From: an uncultured Verrucomicrobiae bacterium
Lineage (GTDB): Bacteria > Verrucomicrobiota > Verrucomicrobiia > Limisphaerales > Palsa-1400
DNA length: 64,000 nt
Direction of reading: 5' to 3'
Assembly (NCBI GenBank): GCA_963707025.1
Contig: CAVPOM010000014.1
Location: 192,001-256,000, forward strand
The notes under the pieces were generated by a model, which saw only the letters and a program-made list of their open reading frames with translations, was not told the origin of the DNA and ran no database searches. Of this stretch, positions 1-9,344 are shown piece after piece. Position 1 is the stretch's first letter. Each line of letters starts with the position of its first letter. The position numbers and the translations under genes were made by a program.

Positions 1-42
1 AAGCAGTACAAGTCGGATCAGGAAGAAAGTTCATCTACATGA
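1..42 (+). CDS. 3' end of an upstream gene (partial), overlapping the MoxR start (ATGA)
   Basis: Frame 1 is open from base 1 (KQYKSDQEESSST) to TGA at 40-42, which overlaps the ATG at 39. Confidence 0.45.
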   Translation, partial: KQYKSDQEESSST

Positions 43-1142
43 CAGACACGAATACCGGCCCGGAAGTGGACGCCGATGTCCAGGCAGTTGATCAACTGCA
101 TCAGAAATACCTGCAAATCACCCAACGCATGGAGGGGGTCATCGTTGGCCAGGAAGAGGTCATCGAACAACTCCTGGTCGCCCTGCTCTGCCGCGGCCAT
201 TGCATCCTTGAAGGGGTTCCCGGCCTGGCCAAGACCCTCATGGTTTCCACGCTGGCTTCCCTCCTCAACCAGACGTTCCGCCGCATCCAGTTCACCCCCG
301 ATTTGATGCCCGCCGACATCACCGGCACCGACATCCTGGAGGAAGACCGCACCACCGGCAAGCGCGTCTTCCGCTTCGTCCAAGGCCCCCTGTTTGGCAA
401 CATGATCCTGGCCGACGAAATCAACCGCACTCCCCCAAAAACGCAAAGCGCCCTCTTGGAAGCCACCCAGGAACGCCAATTGACCGTCGGCGGCCAAACC
501 TATCCCCTGCCCAACCCGTTTTTGGTGCTCGCCACCCAAAACCCCATTGAACAGGAGGGCACCTACCCCTTGCCCGAAGCCCAACTGGACCGGTTCATGC
601 TCAAAATCCTGGTCGAATATCCCTCGCGCGAACAGGAAATCACCATCACCAAACGCGGCTCCACCGCCTATCATTATGAAACCGGCCATGTCCTGACTAT
701 CGAGGAAATTCTCACCATGCAGGATTTGGTGCGGCGCCTGCCGGTGGGGGATCATGTCTATGCCTTTGCCGTGGACCTGGTTCGCCGCAGCCGTCCCAGC
801 CGGCCTTCCAACGGCGATTTCATCAACCAGATGGTGACTTGGGGCGCCGGCCCCAGGGCTTGCATCTTCCTGGTCCTGGCCGCCAAGGCCCGCGCCATCC
901 TGCAGGGCCGCTATCATGCCACCACCGAAGATATTGCCGCCATGGCCCTGCCCGTCTTGCGCCACCGCCTCATTCCCTCCTTCCATGCGGAAGCGGCCGG
1001 ACAGAATTCCGATTACATCGTCGGCCAATTGATCGCCGACGCCACCGGACAGCGCCCCGACCCGCCTGCCGTGTCTGCGAGAATGCGCGTCCCCGCCCCG
1101 CCCCGCATCCAGGACGCCTTGTCCAAACTCCAGAAGGGCTGA
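39..1142 (+). CDS. moxR: MoxR-family AAA+ ATPase
   Basis: Walker A GVPGLAKT, RIQFTPDLMPADITG, Walker B ILADEINR, ATQNPIEQEGTYPLPEAQLDRF. Confidence 0.95.
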   Translation: MTDTNTGPEVDADVQAVDQLHQKYLQITQRMEGVIVGQEEVIEQLLVALLCRGHCILEGVPGLAKTLMVSTLASLLNQTFRRIQFTPDLMPADITGTDILEEDRTTGKRVFRFVQGPLFGNMILADEINRTPPKTQSALLEATQERQLTVGGQTYPLPNPFLVLATQNPIEQEGTYPLPEAQLDRFMLKILVEYPSREQEITITKRGSTAYHYETGHVLTIEEILTMQDLVRRLPVGDHVYAFAVDLVRRSRPSRPSNGDFINQMVTWGAGPRACIFLVLAAKARAILQGRYHATTEDIAAMALPVLRHRLIPSFHAEAAGQNSDYIVGQLIADATGQRPDPPAVSARMRVPAPPRIQDALSKLQKG

Positions 1143-1184
1143 GCCGGGGCCAAGCCAGATGCGACCCCCCTTTTGCAGCCGCGC

Positions 1185-2086
1185 ATGAATCCGGTTGGCC
1201 CCATCATTGATCCCGACGACCTGGCCAAGACCGCCCATCTGGAATTGCTCTCCAAATTGATGGTGGATGGTTTGCTGGCCGGCCGGCACCGCTCCAAAAT
1301 GAAGGGCGGCTGCGCCGAGTTCGCCGAACACCGCGCTTACAGTCCGGGCGATGAAATCCGTTTGCTGGACTGGCGCGTTTTCGCCAAAAGCGACCGTTAC
1401 GTCATCAAACAGTACCGAGGAGGAGATCAGCCTGCAGGCCATCATCGCCATGGACGCCAGCGGTTCCATGGGCTTTGGCATGAGCACCGTCACCAAATAT
1501 CAATACGCCCAGGCCGCCTCCCTCTGCCTGGCCCGCATCGTGCTGGGACAGCGGGATTCCGCCGGCCTGGCGGTCATGGGCGGCGGCCTGCGCGCCTTCA
1601 TTCCGCCCCGGGCCCGGGCCAGCCATCTGGAGGTCCTGAGCCAAAGCTTGCGCGACAGCTCTCCGGTCGGCCCCACCTCCATGGCCGAGGACTTGGGGGA
1701 AATCGTCCAGCGCATCAAGCGCCGCGGCATCGTCCTGCTTTTCTCCGATTGTTTCGACCAGGTGGACCGCCTGGCCAGGGCGCTCCAGCTCCTGCGCTCG
1801 CGCCGCCACGAGGTTCTCCTCTTCCACGTCATGGCCCCGGAAGAACTTTCCTTCTCCTTCACCCGCTTCACCCGCTTCGAGCCGATGGAGTCGGGCATGG
1901 GCCACCTGGATCTCGGATCCCGGAGCCGTCCGGGCCCATTACCTGGCCCGCCTCAAAGCCTTCCTGGCCCAAGTCCGCCGCGTCTGCGCGGAGTGTTCCT
2001 GCGACTACATCCCCATGTCCACCGACCGGCCCGTCGGCGATGCCCTGGCCGATTACCTGCGGCGCAGAAGCGCCTCGGCCAAATAG
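1185..2086 (+). CDS. DUF58 (vWA-like) MoxR partner protein, split by two +1 frameshifts (~1415, ~1915)
   Basis: GRHRS...EFAEHRAYSPGDEIRLLDWRVFAKSDRYVIKQY, continues EEEISLQAIIAMDASGSMGF...LFSDCF in the next frame, then DPGAVRAHYL...LADYLRRRSASAK* in the third frame; TAG at 2084-2086. Confidence 0.85.
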
Positions 2087-2089
2087 CAC

Positions 2090-4327
2090 ATGCAGTTCCT
2101 CTCACAAGCTTTTCTCTGGGCTTTGCCGCTGATGGCCCTGCCGGTCCTCATCCATTTTTTCAGCCGCAAACAGCGCGACATCGTCCGCTGGGCCGCCATG
2201 GAATTCCTCCTCGCCAGCAACGCCCCGCGCCGCCGCTTCCTCAAATTGAAAGACCTTTTGCTCTTGTTGCTCCGCATCCTCATTGTCCTGCTCATCGTGG
2301 CCGCTCTGGCCCGGCCCATCGTTTCCATCGGCCTGCTCGGCTCCTCCGGTCCGCGCGACCTGGTTCTGGTGCTGGACAATTCCATGTCCACCGCCCGCAA
2401 GCTCGGCTCGGGCGCCGTCTTTGACCAGGAATTGGACCAGGCCGCCGGACTCATCCGCCAGCTCAACGCCGGCAACTTGGTCCGCGTCCTGCTCGCTTCG
2501 CCCTCTCCGCTATGGTTGACAGATTCGCCCCGGCCGGCCGACGCCGCCAGCCAGGAGGCCTTGATCTCCCGCCTGCGCCAGTTGGCCCCCAACCCGGGCG
2601 CCGCCGACATCCCCAAGGCCCTTCAGACCGCCATCAAGGCGGAACCCGCCGGCAAGGAAGCCGCCCGTTTCATTGCCGTCATCACCGATGGCCAGGCCAA
2701 TAGCTGGCGGGCCGAGGCCTCCGCGGAATGGGCCTCCATTTTTGCCCTCTCCCAGCGGGCCCGTCCCCCGGTCATGCTGCGCGCCGTTCTGGCCGGGGGC
2801 GACGCCGGCCCGGTCTTCAATCTGGCCGTTGAGAAATTGGCCGCCGCCCGCGCCGTCGCCGCCGTCGGCCAGCCGGTCGCTTTGACCGCCACTGTCAAGA
2901 ATACGGGTACCCTGAAAAGCGAGGCCGTTCCACTGGCCTGGACCGCCGGCGGACAATCCCTTGGCCTGAGCACCGTGCCGGCGCTGGATCCGGGCGCCGA
3001 AACCACCGTCACCTTGAGCCAGCCCTTTGCCAATCCGGGCCTGGTGGATATTTCCTGCCAGCTCACCGGCCATGACGATTTAAGCCTGGACGATTCCGCC
3101 CGCTTTCTCCTCAGCGTCACCGAGTCGGCCCCCATCCTGGTGGTCGAAGGCGAATCGCATTTCAATCCCCTCCAATCCGACAGCGCCTACTTTCTCTCCG
3201 CGCTGGGCTGGCAGGCCAGCGGCGCCACCACCACTAAGTCCGCCTCCCTCGCCTCGATCTTTCGCCCCAAGCTCATCAATTATCAAAAACTCGACGGCGA
3301 AACCCTCGCCTCCTATCACTGTGTCGTCCTGGCCAACGTCCCGCGCCTCTCGGACGACACCGTGCAAAAACTCGCCCGCTTCGTCAATTCCGGCGGCGGC
3401 CTCTGGATTGCGCTGGGCGACCAGACCGAAATCGCCGCCTTCAACAAGGAATTCTTCGCCTCGGGCGCCGGCCTTTCCCCGGTTTCTCTCAAACAGCCGG
3501 TCGGCGACGCCATGGACCGGGAGAAGTTCACCGCCGTCTCGCCCCCATCCGCTGAACATCCCGCCACCGTCCTGCTGGCCGACACTCATCGCCTGGATAT
3601 TGACCGCCTCCGCATTTTCCGCCGCCACCAACTTGACACCGGCAACGACCAATCCATTTCCGTCCTGCTGCGGGCCGAGGGCGGCTCCGCCCTGGTGGTC
3701 GAAAAGACCTTTGGCCGCGGCCGCGTCATCATCCAGGCCGTCCCCCTCAACGTCTCCTGGAGCAATTTGCCCTTGTGCCAGTCCTTCGTCGTCATGGTCC
3801 ACGAGTGGCTCTGGTACTTGACCGAATCGGCCATGGTCCGCCGCAACCTCCTGGCCGGCGAGCCTTTGCAAGTCTCCGTCGCCCCGGACGCCGGCAACGG
3901 CGGCGCCACCGTTGACACCCCGGGCAGCGGCCTGGCCCAACTGGTCGGACGCGAAGAACAGGGGCGCATGATCTTCCGTTATGGCAAAACGCTCTTCCCG
4001 GGCGAATATCACCTGAAAATTTCCGGCGGCGCCCTGCCCCCCGAGGAATTCCAGGTCAACCGCGATCCCCTGGAATCCGATTTCACGCCCCTGACCGCCA
4101 CACAAATCGCCGCCCTGCGCGATGCCGGCGGAGTGGGTTTTGGGCCGGAGCCGCTGGCGCAAACCCGCCAGGAGCGCGTGGCCGCACCGCCCAGGGCGCT
4201 GGCGGCCTGGCTGCTCTCCGGCCTGCTCGCCTTCATGGTCCTGGAGGCTGCTTATGCTTTCTGGCTCGACCGCCAGCGCCGCGCCTCCGGCCCTGGCGTC
4301 CCCATGGCCCCGGCCTTCCACGTCTGA
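2090..4327 (+). CDS. BatA N-terminal double-TM + vWA domain membrane protein (Ig-like and GATase-like middle, C-terminal TM)
   Basis: LPVLIHFF...WAAMEFL BatA motif; MIDAS LDNSMS and ITDGQ; VVLANV...GGGLWIALG; C-terminal hydrophobic helix. Confidence 0.85.
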   Translation: MQFLSQAFLWALPLMALPVLIHFFSRKQRDIVRWAAMEFLLASNAPRRRFLKLKDLLLLLLRILIVLLIVAALARPIVSIGLLGSSGPRDLVLVLDNSMSTARKLGSGAVFDQELDQAAGLIRQLNAGNLVRVLLASPSPLWLTDSPRPADAASQEALISRLRQLAPNPGAADIPKALQTAIKAEPAGKEAARFIAVITDGQANSWRAEASAEWASIFALSQRARPPVMLRAVLAGGDAGPVFNLAVEKLAAARAVAAVGQPVALTATVKNTGTLKSEAVPLAWTAGGQSLGLSTVPALDPGAETTVTLSQPFANPGLVDISCQLTGHDDLSLDDSARFLLSVTESAPILVVEGESHFNPLQSDSAYFLSALGWQASGATTTKSASLASIFRPKLINYQKLDGETLASYHCVVLANVPRLSDDTVQKLARFVNSGGGLWIALGDQTEIAAFNKEFFASGAGLSPVSLKQPVGDAMDREKFTAVSPPSAEHPATVLLADTHRLDIDRLRIFRRHQLDTGNDQSISVLLRAEGGSALVVEKTFGRGRVIIQAVPLNVSWSNLPLCQSFVVMVHEWLWYLTESAMVRRNLLAGEPLQVSVAPDAGNGGATVDTPGSGLAQLVGREEQGRMIFRYGKTLFPGEYHLKISGGALPPEEFQVNRDPLESDFTPLTATQIAALRDAGGVGFGPEPLAQTRQERVAAPPRALAAWLLSGLLAFMVLEAAYAFWLDRQRRASGPGVPMAPAFHV

Positions 4328-4339
4328 CCTGATGCCGCC

Positions 4340-4381
4340 TAATCCTATTCTTAATCTTAATCCTAATCTTAATCCTAATCC
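4340..4381. repeat. Intergenic hexamer tandem repeat (TAATCY)n
   Basis: taatcctattcttaatcttaatcctaatcttaatcctaatcc; similar tract at ~49377-49412. Confidence 0.8.
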
Positions 4382-4413
4382 CACAATTCCCCCATCCTCC
4401 CACCTCTGATCTG

Positions 4414-7179
4414 ATGCCGCACTCCGAGACCATCCAAAAATTTGCGCTGCAAGGGCCTTTCTCCGTCCCCCAATTGGTCGGGCTGGGCCTGGCCCTGGCC
4501 GCCATCCTGGCCTGGCTGGCTTGGCGTTGGGCCAGGGATTCGGGGTCCTGGAAAAAATCGGCCTTTCTTCTTCTCCTCCGCCTGGGCGCCCTGGCCGTGG
4601 CTCTCTGGATGCTGGCCGGCGCCTCCACCGTCACCCTCCGCCGCGATACCAGGGCCAAGTCCCTCGTTTTTATGGTTGACTCCAGCGCCAGCATGGGACT
4701 GGTGGATCCGGTGGACGGCTCGGGCGAAACGGTGCGTTGGACCGGCACGGAAACCAAACTCCGCGCCACTCCTCCGGTCGCGGCCCTGGACGAAGTGATC
4801 GGCACCCTCCAATCCGCCCGCTCGGACGCGGCCCGTTTGCGCGTGTTGACCGAAGGCGGCGACCCCGCGCAGCGCGGCCAAATCCTCTGGGAGCAAATCC
4901 ACCGCTCGGTGGATTCCGCCGCCGCCAGCCTTGGCCCGCTGGTCTCCCCGGTGACCCGCGCCGACCCCGAGGCGGGCGCGGAACTGGACCGCGTCGCCGC
5001 CTTTCTCAAGGACAACGCCAGCCCGATGGGTTCCTGGAAAGACTCCGGCGCCAAATCGCCCGCCGACCGCCTGGACGAAACCGCCGCCTTCATCACCGCC
5101 GCCATCCAGCGCATCGAGCGCCAGTCGCACAAGCTGGCCGCCGCCTACGAAAGAGATGCCGCCGGCCAGGACAAAACCGGCTTGGCCCTGGAATCCAAAA
5201 TGTCCAGAAACGACAAGGTGGCCGGCTGGCTGGACGCCGCGGAAAATTCCTGGCTCAAGCAGGTCGCCGATCATGCCAGCATCGAGCGCTACACCTTTGC
5301 TTCCGATGTCCTGGCCCTGGCCAGCAACGATTGGCGCCAGGTCCTGCGCACCAACAACAACCCCGCCGCCAATTCCACCGACCTGGCCGCCGCCCTTAAC
5401 TTCGTGGCCCAGCAAACCGCCAAACAATCCATTGACGCCGTCGTCCTGATTACCGACGGCGGCCACAACGCCCCCGCTGATCCCCGCCAAGGCGCCGCCG
5501 CCCTGCATGATGTTCCTCTCTACATCGTCCCCATCGGCGCCGTCGAAATGCCCCGCGATGCCATCCTCCATCACGTCCACGCCCCGCGCGCTGTTTTCAA
5601 AAACGACACCGCCCTGATTGATGCCATGGTCACCGCCTACTCCTGCGAGGGCGAACAATTGCAGGTCGAGTTGTTGAACAACGGCGTCCTCGTGGAAAAA
5701 CATATTATTAACGTCACCAGCCGCATGTACGATGGCCGCGTCAGTTTCCAATGGAAAGGCGTCACCCCCGGACGCCACGCCCTGCTCGTCAGGATCCTCC
5801 CCGTCCCCAGGGAACTGACCCTCGACAACAACCAGGTCCAGGTCGAAGTGGAAGTCATGGAAGACGTCATCAAAGTGCTCGTGGCCGACGACCTGCCCCG
5901 CTGGGAGTTCCGCTACGTCGTCAACCTCTTCAAGCGCGACAAGCACGTCGCTTTCGAGCAACTGCTCTTCGAGCCCAACGACGATGCCCAATCCCTGGCC
6001 GCCCACCTCACCCCTTCCTTTCCCCGCGACCTGGCCGGATGGAGAAAATACCGCGTCGTCATTCTCGGCAACGTCAGTCCCGGCCAGTTATCGCCCGCCC
6101 AACAGGAAATGCTCCGGCAATATGTGGCCGAGGAAGGCGGCAACCTCATCGTCATCGCCGGCCAAACCGCCATGCCCGCCGCCTTTGTGGACCAGCCGCT
6201 GGGCGCCATGATCCCGGCCACCGCCTCCAGCGAACCGGGCAACCCCACCCGGCCCTTCAGCCTGGTCGTCACCGCCGAAGGCAGCAGCTCGGTGCCCACC
6301 CAACTGGACGATGATCCCCTGGCCAGCGAGCGCATCTGGCGCGAGATGAGCGCCAAGTTGCCCATCTACAACCTCTCTTCCATCTCCAAACCCAAGCCCA
6401 CCGCCCATGTGCTCATCGCCGCCACCACACCCCGCCTCAGCGGCGGGGACGAAGCCTTCCTTTCCTGGCAATACGTCGGCCTGGGGCGCGTCATTTATCT
6501 GGCCGCCCCCGTCACCTGGCAGCTCCGCTACCAGAATGGCGACCTCTATCATCATCGTTTCTGGGGCCAGCTCCTGCGCTGGGCGATTGCCCGCGAAATG
6601 AGCACCGGCTCCAAAACCGTTCGCCTCCTCACCGACAAAACTACTTACACCAAAGGCGACACCGCCCAGATCGGTCTGCGTCTGGCCCAAGTGGACGGCC
6701 AGGCCGTGGCCGGCGCCCAATGCAACGTCGAAGCCCGTCAGGACGGCCGCCTGCTCGCCCTCATTCCCCTGCATGAGGAACCCGGTTCCCCAGGCGCTTA
6801 CCGTGGAACCCTGGACAACCTTTCCCTGGGGCCCATCACCCTCCGCGCCGGCGGCAACATCGTGGCCACCTTGCTGGCGGCGGAAGGCCACTCCGGCCCG
6901 GTCGAGCAAATCGTCGCCGTGGACCCGGCCGTCTCCTCGGAAATGAACAATCCCCTCTGCAACCTGCCTCTGTTGGGCGAGATTGCCGACGCCAGCGGCG
7001 GTTCCCTGACTCCGCCCGCCTCCCTGAAAAATGCCCTGGCCCGCCTCAACACCGTCCCGGATGTCAAGGACAACGTTCTCAGCGTCGAGGCCCTCTGGGA
7101 CCACTGGATTTACCTCTGGCTTTTCATCGCCTTCGTCGCCGCCGAATGGCTCATCCGCAAATACTGGCGCATGGTTTGA
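4414..7179 (+). CDS. vWA + glutamine-amidotransferase-like domain membrane protein of MoxR clusters
   Basis: Two N-terminal TMs, VDSSASM and LITDGGHN MIDAS, PRWEFRYV, YHHRFWGQLLRW, C-terminal LWD...AEWLIRK. Confidence 0.85.
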   Translation: MPHSETIQKFALQGPFSVPQLVGLGLALAAILAWLAWRWARDSGSWKKSAFLLLLRLGALAVALWMLAGASTVTLRRDTRAKSLVFMVDSSASMGLVDPVDGSGETVRWTGTETKLRATPPVAALDEVIGTLQSARSDAARLRVLTEGGDPAQRGQILWEQIHRSVDSAAASLGPLVSPVTRADPEAGAELDRVAAFLKDNASPMGSWKDSGAKSPADRLDETAAFITAAIQRIERQSHKLAAAYERDAAGQDKTGLALESKMSRNDKVAGWLDAAENSWLKQVADHASIERYTFASDVLALASNDWRQVLRTNNNPAANSTDLAAALNFVAQQTAKQSIDAVVLITDGGHNAPADPRQGAAALHDVPLYIVPIGAVEMPRDAILHHVHAPRAVFKNDTALIDAMVTAYSCEGEQLQVELLNNGVLVEKHIINVTSRMYDGRVSFQWKGVTPGRHALLVRILPVPRELTLDNNQVQVEVEVMEDVIKVLVADDLPRWEFRYVVNLFKRDKHVAFEQLLFEPNDDAQSLAAHLTPSFPRDLAGWRKYRVVILGNVSPGQLSPAQQEMLRQYVAEEGGNLIVIAGQTAMPAAFVDQPLGAMIPATASSEPGNPTRPFSLVVTAEGSSSVPTQLDDDPLASERIWREMSAKLPIYNLSSISKPKPTAHVLIAATTPRLSGGDEAFLSWQYVGLGRVIYLAAPVTWQLRYQNGDLYHHRFWGQLLRWAIAREMSTGSKTVRLLTDKTTYTKGDTAQIGLRLAQVDGQAVAGAQCNVEARQDGRLLALIPLHEEPGSPGAYRGTLDNLSLGPITLRAGGNIVATLLAAEGHSGPVEQIVAVDPAVSSEMNNPLCNLPLLGEIADASGGSLTPPASLKNALARLNTVPDVKDNVLSVEALWDHWIYLWLFIAFVAAEWLIRKYWRMV

Positions 7180-7225
7180 AGAACTGGCTGCATGCTGCCA
7201 CGAGCGATCCGGCATGACTTTACTT

Positions 7226-7474
7226 TATCAGAACGGGATAAAAGCATTCAGCCCAGGGTTGCGAGAAACGACCTACACTGGGTGCAACGAACCACAGATC
7301 CTAATCCCACAGGGATAAAATCATCCAGCCCAGGGTTGCGAGAAACGACCTACACTGGGTGCAACGAACCATAAATTCTTATCCCAAAGGGATAAAATCA
7401 TCCAGCCCAGGGTTGCGCGGAACGCGCTACCCTGGGTGGGCGAATAACCAATCTATCAACCTTGAAAAGGTTGA
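7226..7474. repeat. Three direct 77-bp palindrome-containing REP-like units plus a gene-proximal hairpin
   Basis: CAGCCCAGGGTTGCG recurs at 7249, 7326 and 7403 (period 77); hairpins ATCCC-N3-GGGAT and CCCAG...CTGGG; TCAACCTTGAAAAGGTTGA at 7456-7474. Confidence 0.9.
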
Positions 7475-7505
7475 ATCAAATGCCGGATTCCACCACCATC
7501 CCGTC

Positions 7506-7961
7506 ATGCCGCAATCACTCGCAAAAATTCTGGTGCATTCCATTTTCTCGACAAAAGACCGCCGTCCATTCCTCCGCGACAAGACCCTGCGCGAGGAACT
7601 GCACCGCTATCTTGGCGGCATCCTGACGAATTACGACTGCCAACCGATCATTATCGGTGGCGTTGCGGACCATGTCCACACGCTCTCGACGCTCTCGCGC
7701 ACCTGTGAAGCGGCGGAAATGATCAAGGAGGTCAAGCGCGGCTCCTCTCTCTGGTTAAAAACCAAAGCGCCGGATTTACATGATTTCGCGTGGCAAAACG
7801 GCTATGGCATTTTCTCCATTGGCTTTTCAGAGGTGGAGACGGTGCGAAATTACATCGCCAAACAAGAGGAACATCATCGTAAAGTTTCCTTTCAGGATGA
7901 GTTGCGTGAATTTCTCAAACACTACGAAGTCCAATTCGACGAACGATATGTTTGGGATTGA
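7506..7961 (+). mobile_element. tnpA: IS200/IS605-family Y1 HUH transposase (TnpA), probably REP-associated (RAYT-like)
   Basis: MPQSLAKILVHSIFSTKDR, HUH motif DHVH, KRGSSLW, FAWQNGYGIFS, catalytic Tyr in NYIAKQEEHH; no TnpB downstream. Confidence 0.9.
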
Positions 7962-8058
7962 TCCGACCCTTTCAGGGTGGATGAGTTCTTTGGGCGTTGA
8001 CCCAAGGTAGCTCGTGCCTCGCAACCTTGGGCTGGATGATTGAAATCCCGTTGGGATT
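7961..8058. repeat. Inverted copy of the upstream REP-like unit and hairpin
   Basis: Reverse complement of 8001-8058 (aatcccaacgggatttcaatcatccagcccaaggttgcgaggcacgagctaccttggg) matches the unit at 7381-7436; hairpin ATCCGACCCTTTCAGGGTGGAT at 7961-7982. Confidence 0.9.
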
Positions 8059-8094
8059 TTCCAATCAGCATGGCATTGCGTCCATCACTCCCTC

Positions 8095-8862
8095 CTACGC
8101 CGCTGCCCGCCCATTTTTCCGCAACCCCCGCCGCGCCAGCAGCACCATGGTTAAGACCAAAGCCACGTTCACCGCCAACGTCCCGGTCAAATAGCCTTCG
8201 TTTCCCATCACGGAGAATCCTCCAAATCCGCGGTTAACTTCGGGCAAAAGCAACCCAGCAAGTCCAAGCACAACCAAATCCAGCGAGGTGCGAATCGGCC
8301 GCTCAAAACTTCTGACGAACCCGCCGAAGCCTTTCCACTTGCTCTCGGCCAATCGTGCAACCAGAATAACCAACAACAACTCCATCACCATCCAGGGATG
8401 CGCAACGTAAGCAACGTAAGTCGTCGGATAATACGGCGCGCGATCGGCATTTCCCAAAAAAATCAAATGCCTCAGAGGGTGTGCGAAGCCGCCTCCACCC
8501 GCCATCAACCGCTGAAGGCATCCCTGGGCCAAATCGAGAATCACCAAACTCAGCGAATAGCCGACCTGAAGCACGTATATGCCTGCCACAATCCAAAATG
8601 AAACCATTGGCAACGACCCAGCCGCCGCCGTCTTCACTTTGGCATATTCCTGTTCCAGCGCGCACCGCTCCCCAATCCGCCGCGTGGCGATTTGAAACGC
8701 CTCCTCCTCCGAAAGCCCGCCCGCCTTCAACCTCTGCACAGAGGCCCGCAAATGCGACGCCAATTCCTCCAGATTGTCCGCGCCAATAGCCGGCGACGCC
8801 CCAAGCTTCTCCTGCCAGCGGCGAATCGCTTCGTTTAAGTCAAATGGGGTTGGATTTTCCAT
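8095..8862 (-). CDS. Permease-prefix-domain membrane protein (PadR partner)
   Basis: FDLNEAIRRWQ...LEELASHL...GLSEEEAFQIATRRIG prefix domain followed by about 4 hydrophobic segments; overlaps the PadR 3' end. Confidence 0.8.
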   Translation of the reverse strand: MENPTPFDLNEAIRRWQEKLGASPAIGADNLEELASHLRASVQRLKAGGLSEEEAFQIATRRIGERCALEQEYAKVKTAAAGSLPMVSFWIVAGIYVLQVGYSLSLVILDLAQGCLQRLMAGGGGFAHPLRHLIFLGNADRAPYYPTTYVAYVAHPWMVMELLLVILVARLAESKWKGFGGFVRSFERPIRTSLDLVVLGLAGLLLPEVNRGFGGFSVMGNEGYLTGTLAVNVALVLTMVLLARRGLRKNGRAAA

Positions 8863-9173
8863 AATTTTGTGAGTAAAGTGTGAACGGCCATCCATTGTTC
8901 CTTTTCCGTGTGCAGCGCCTTTTGGCCCTTTTGGCGCAGCCGGTAATACTTCCGCCGATGCCCGCTTTCCGCCTCCCGCCATTCCGATTCGATCAAATCC
9001 TCTTTCTCCATCCAGTGCAGCACCGGGTATAGCATCCCCTCGCTCCAACGCACCTCGCCCCCGGACATTTCGTTGACCCGCTGGATCAGCGCGTAACCGT
9101 AATTCTCCCCCTCGCTCAAGATCGAAAGCACCAATGTCGTGGTGGACGCGGCAACCAGTTCTTTTGAAAGCAT
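8835..9173 (-). CDS. PadR-family transcriptional regulator
   Basis: LSILSEGENYGYALI...EGMLYPVLH...RRKYYRL winged-helix motifs. Confidence 0.93.
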   Translation of the reverse strand: MLSKELVAASTTTLVLSILSEGENYGYALIQRVNEMSGGEVRWSEGMLYPVLHWMEKEDLIESEWREAESGHRRKYYRLRQKGQKALHTEKEQWMAVHTLLTKLWKIQPHLT

Positions 9174-9179
9174 GAGCCC

Positions 9180-9208
9180 ACTTTACCTAACAATGCTATG
9201 CCTGTCAA
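9180..9208 (-). promoter_or_regulatory. sigma70 promoter for padR (leaderless) with putative PadR operator in the spacer
   Basis: Minus strand TTGACA-17 nt-TAAAGT, 6 nt before the ATG; imperfect palindrome CATAGCA-T-TGTTAGG between the boxes. Confidence 0.75.
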
Positions 9209-9242
9209 CCTGAAATCGTCTAAAATCGCATTCCCTCACTTT

Positions 9243-9344
9243 GGGGTGGGTCCCGAATTATCGGGACCCGCCGCACGACAGTAGTGCCGCGTTTATTCCT
9301 CCGCCAATGCCCCGACGGCGGGCAAACGAATGCCCGCCCCGACC
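9243..9344. repeat. Inverted pair of REP-like palindromes (REPIN/BIME-like)
   Basis: GGGTCCCGA-ATTA-TCGGGACCCGCC, followed in the opposite orientation by GGCGGGCA-AACGAA-TGCCCGCC-CCGAC; the first unit recurs at 35151. Confidence 0.7.

Noticed and set aside
1405..1925. Programmed ribosomal frameshifting in DUF58
   Set aside because: No slippery heptamer at either site, two shifts would be needed, and similar indels occur in unrelated genes
7226..7440. CRISPR array
   Set aside because: The units are 77-bp near-complete duplicates with homologous rather than unique intervening sequence, there is an inverted copy beyond tnpA, and no cas genes are present
7359..7505. N-terminal extension of TnpA in the 200-aa ORF, and small ORFs 7192-7374 and 7997-8194
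   Set aside because: These are translations of the palindromic repeats; the family-typical start is MPQSL at 7506
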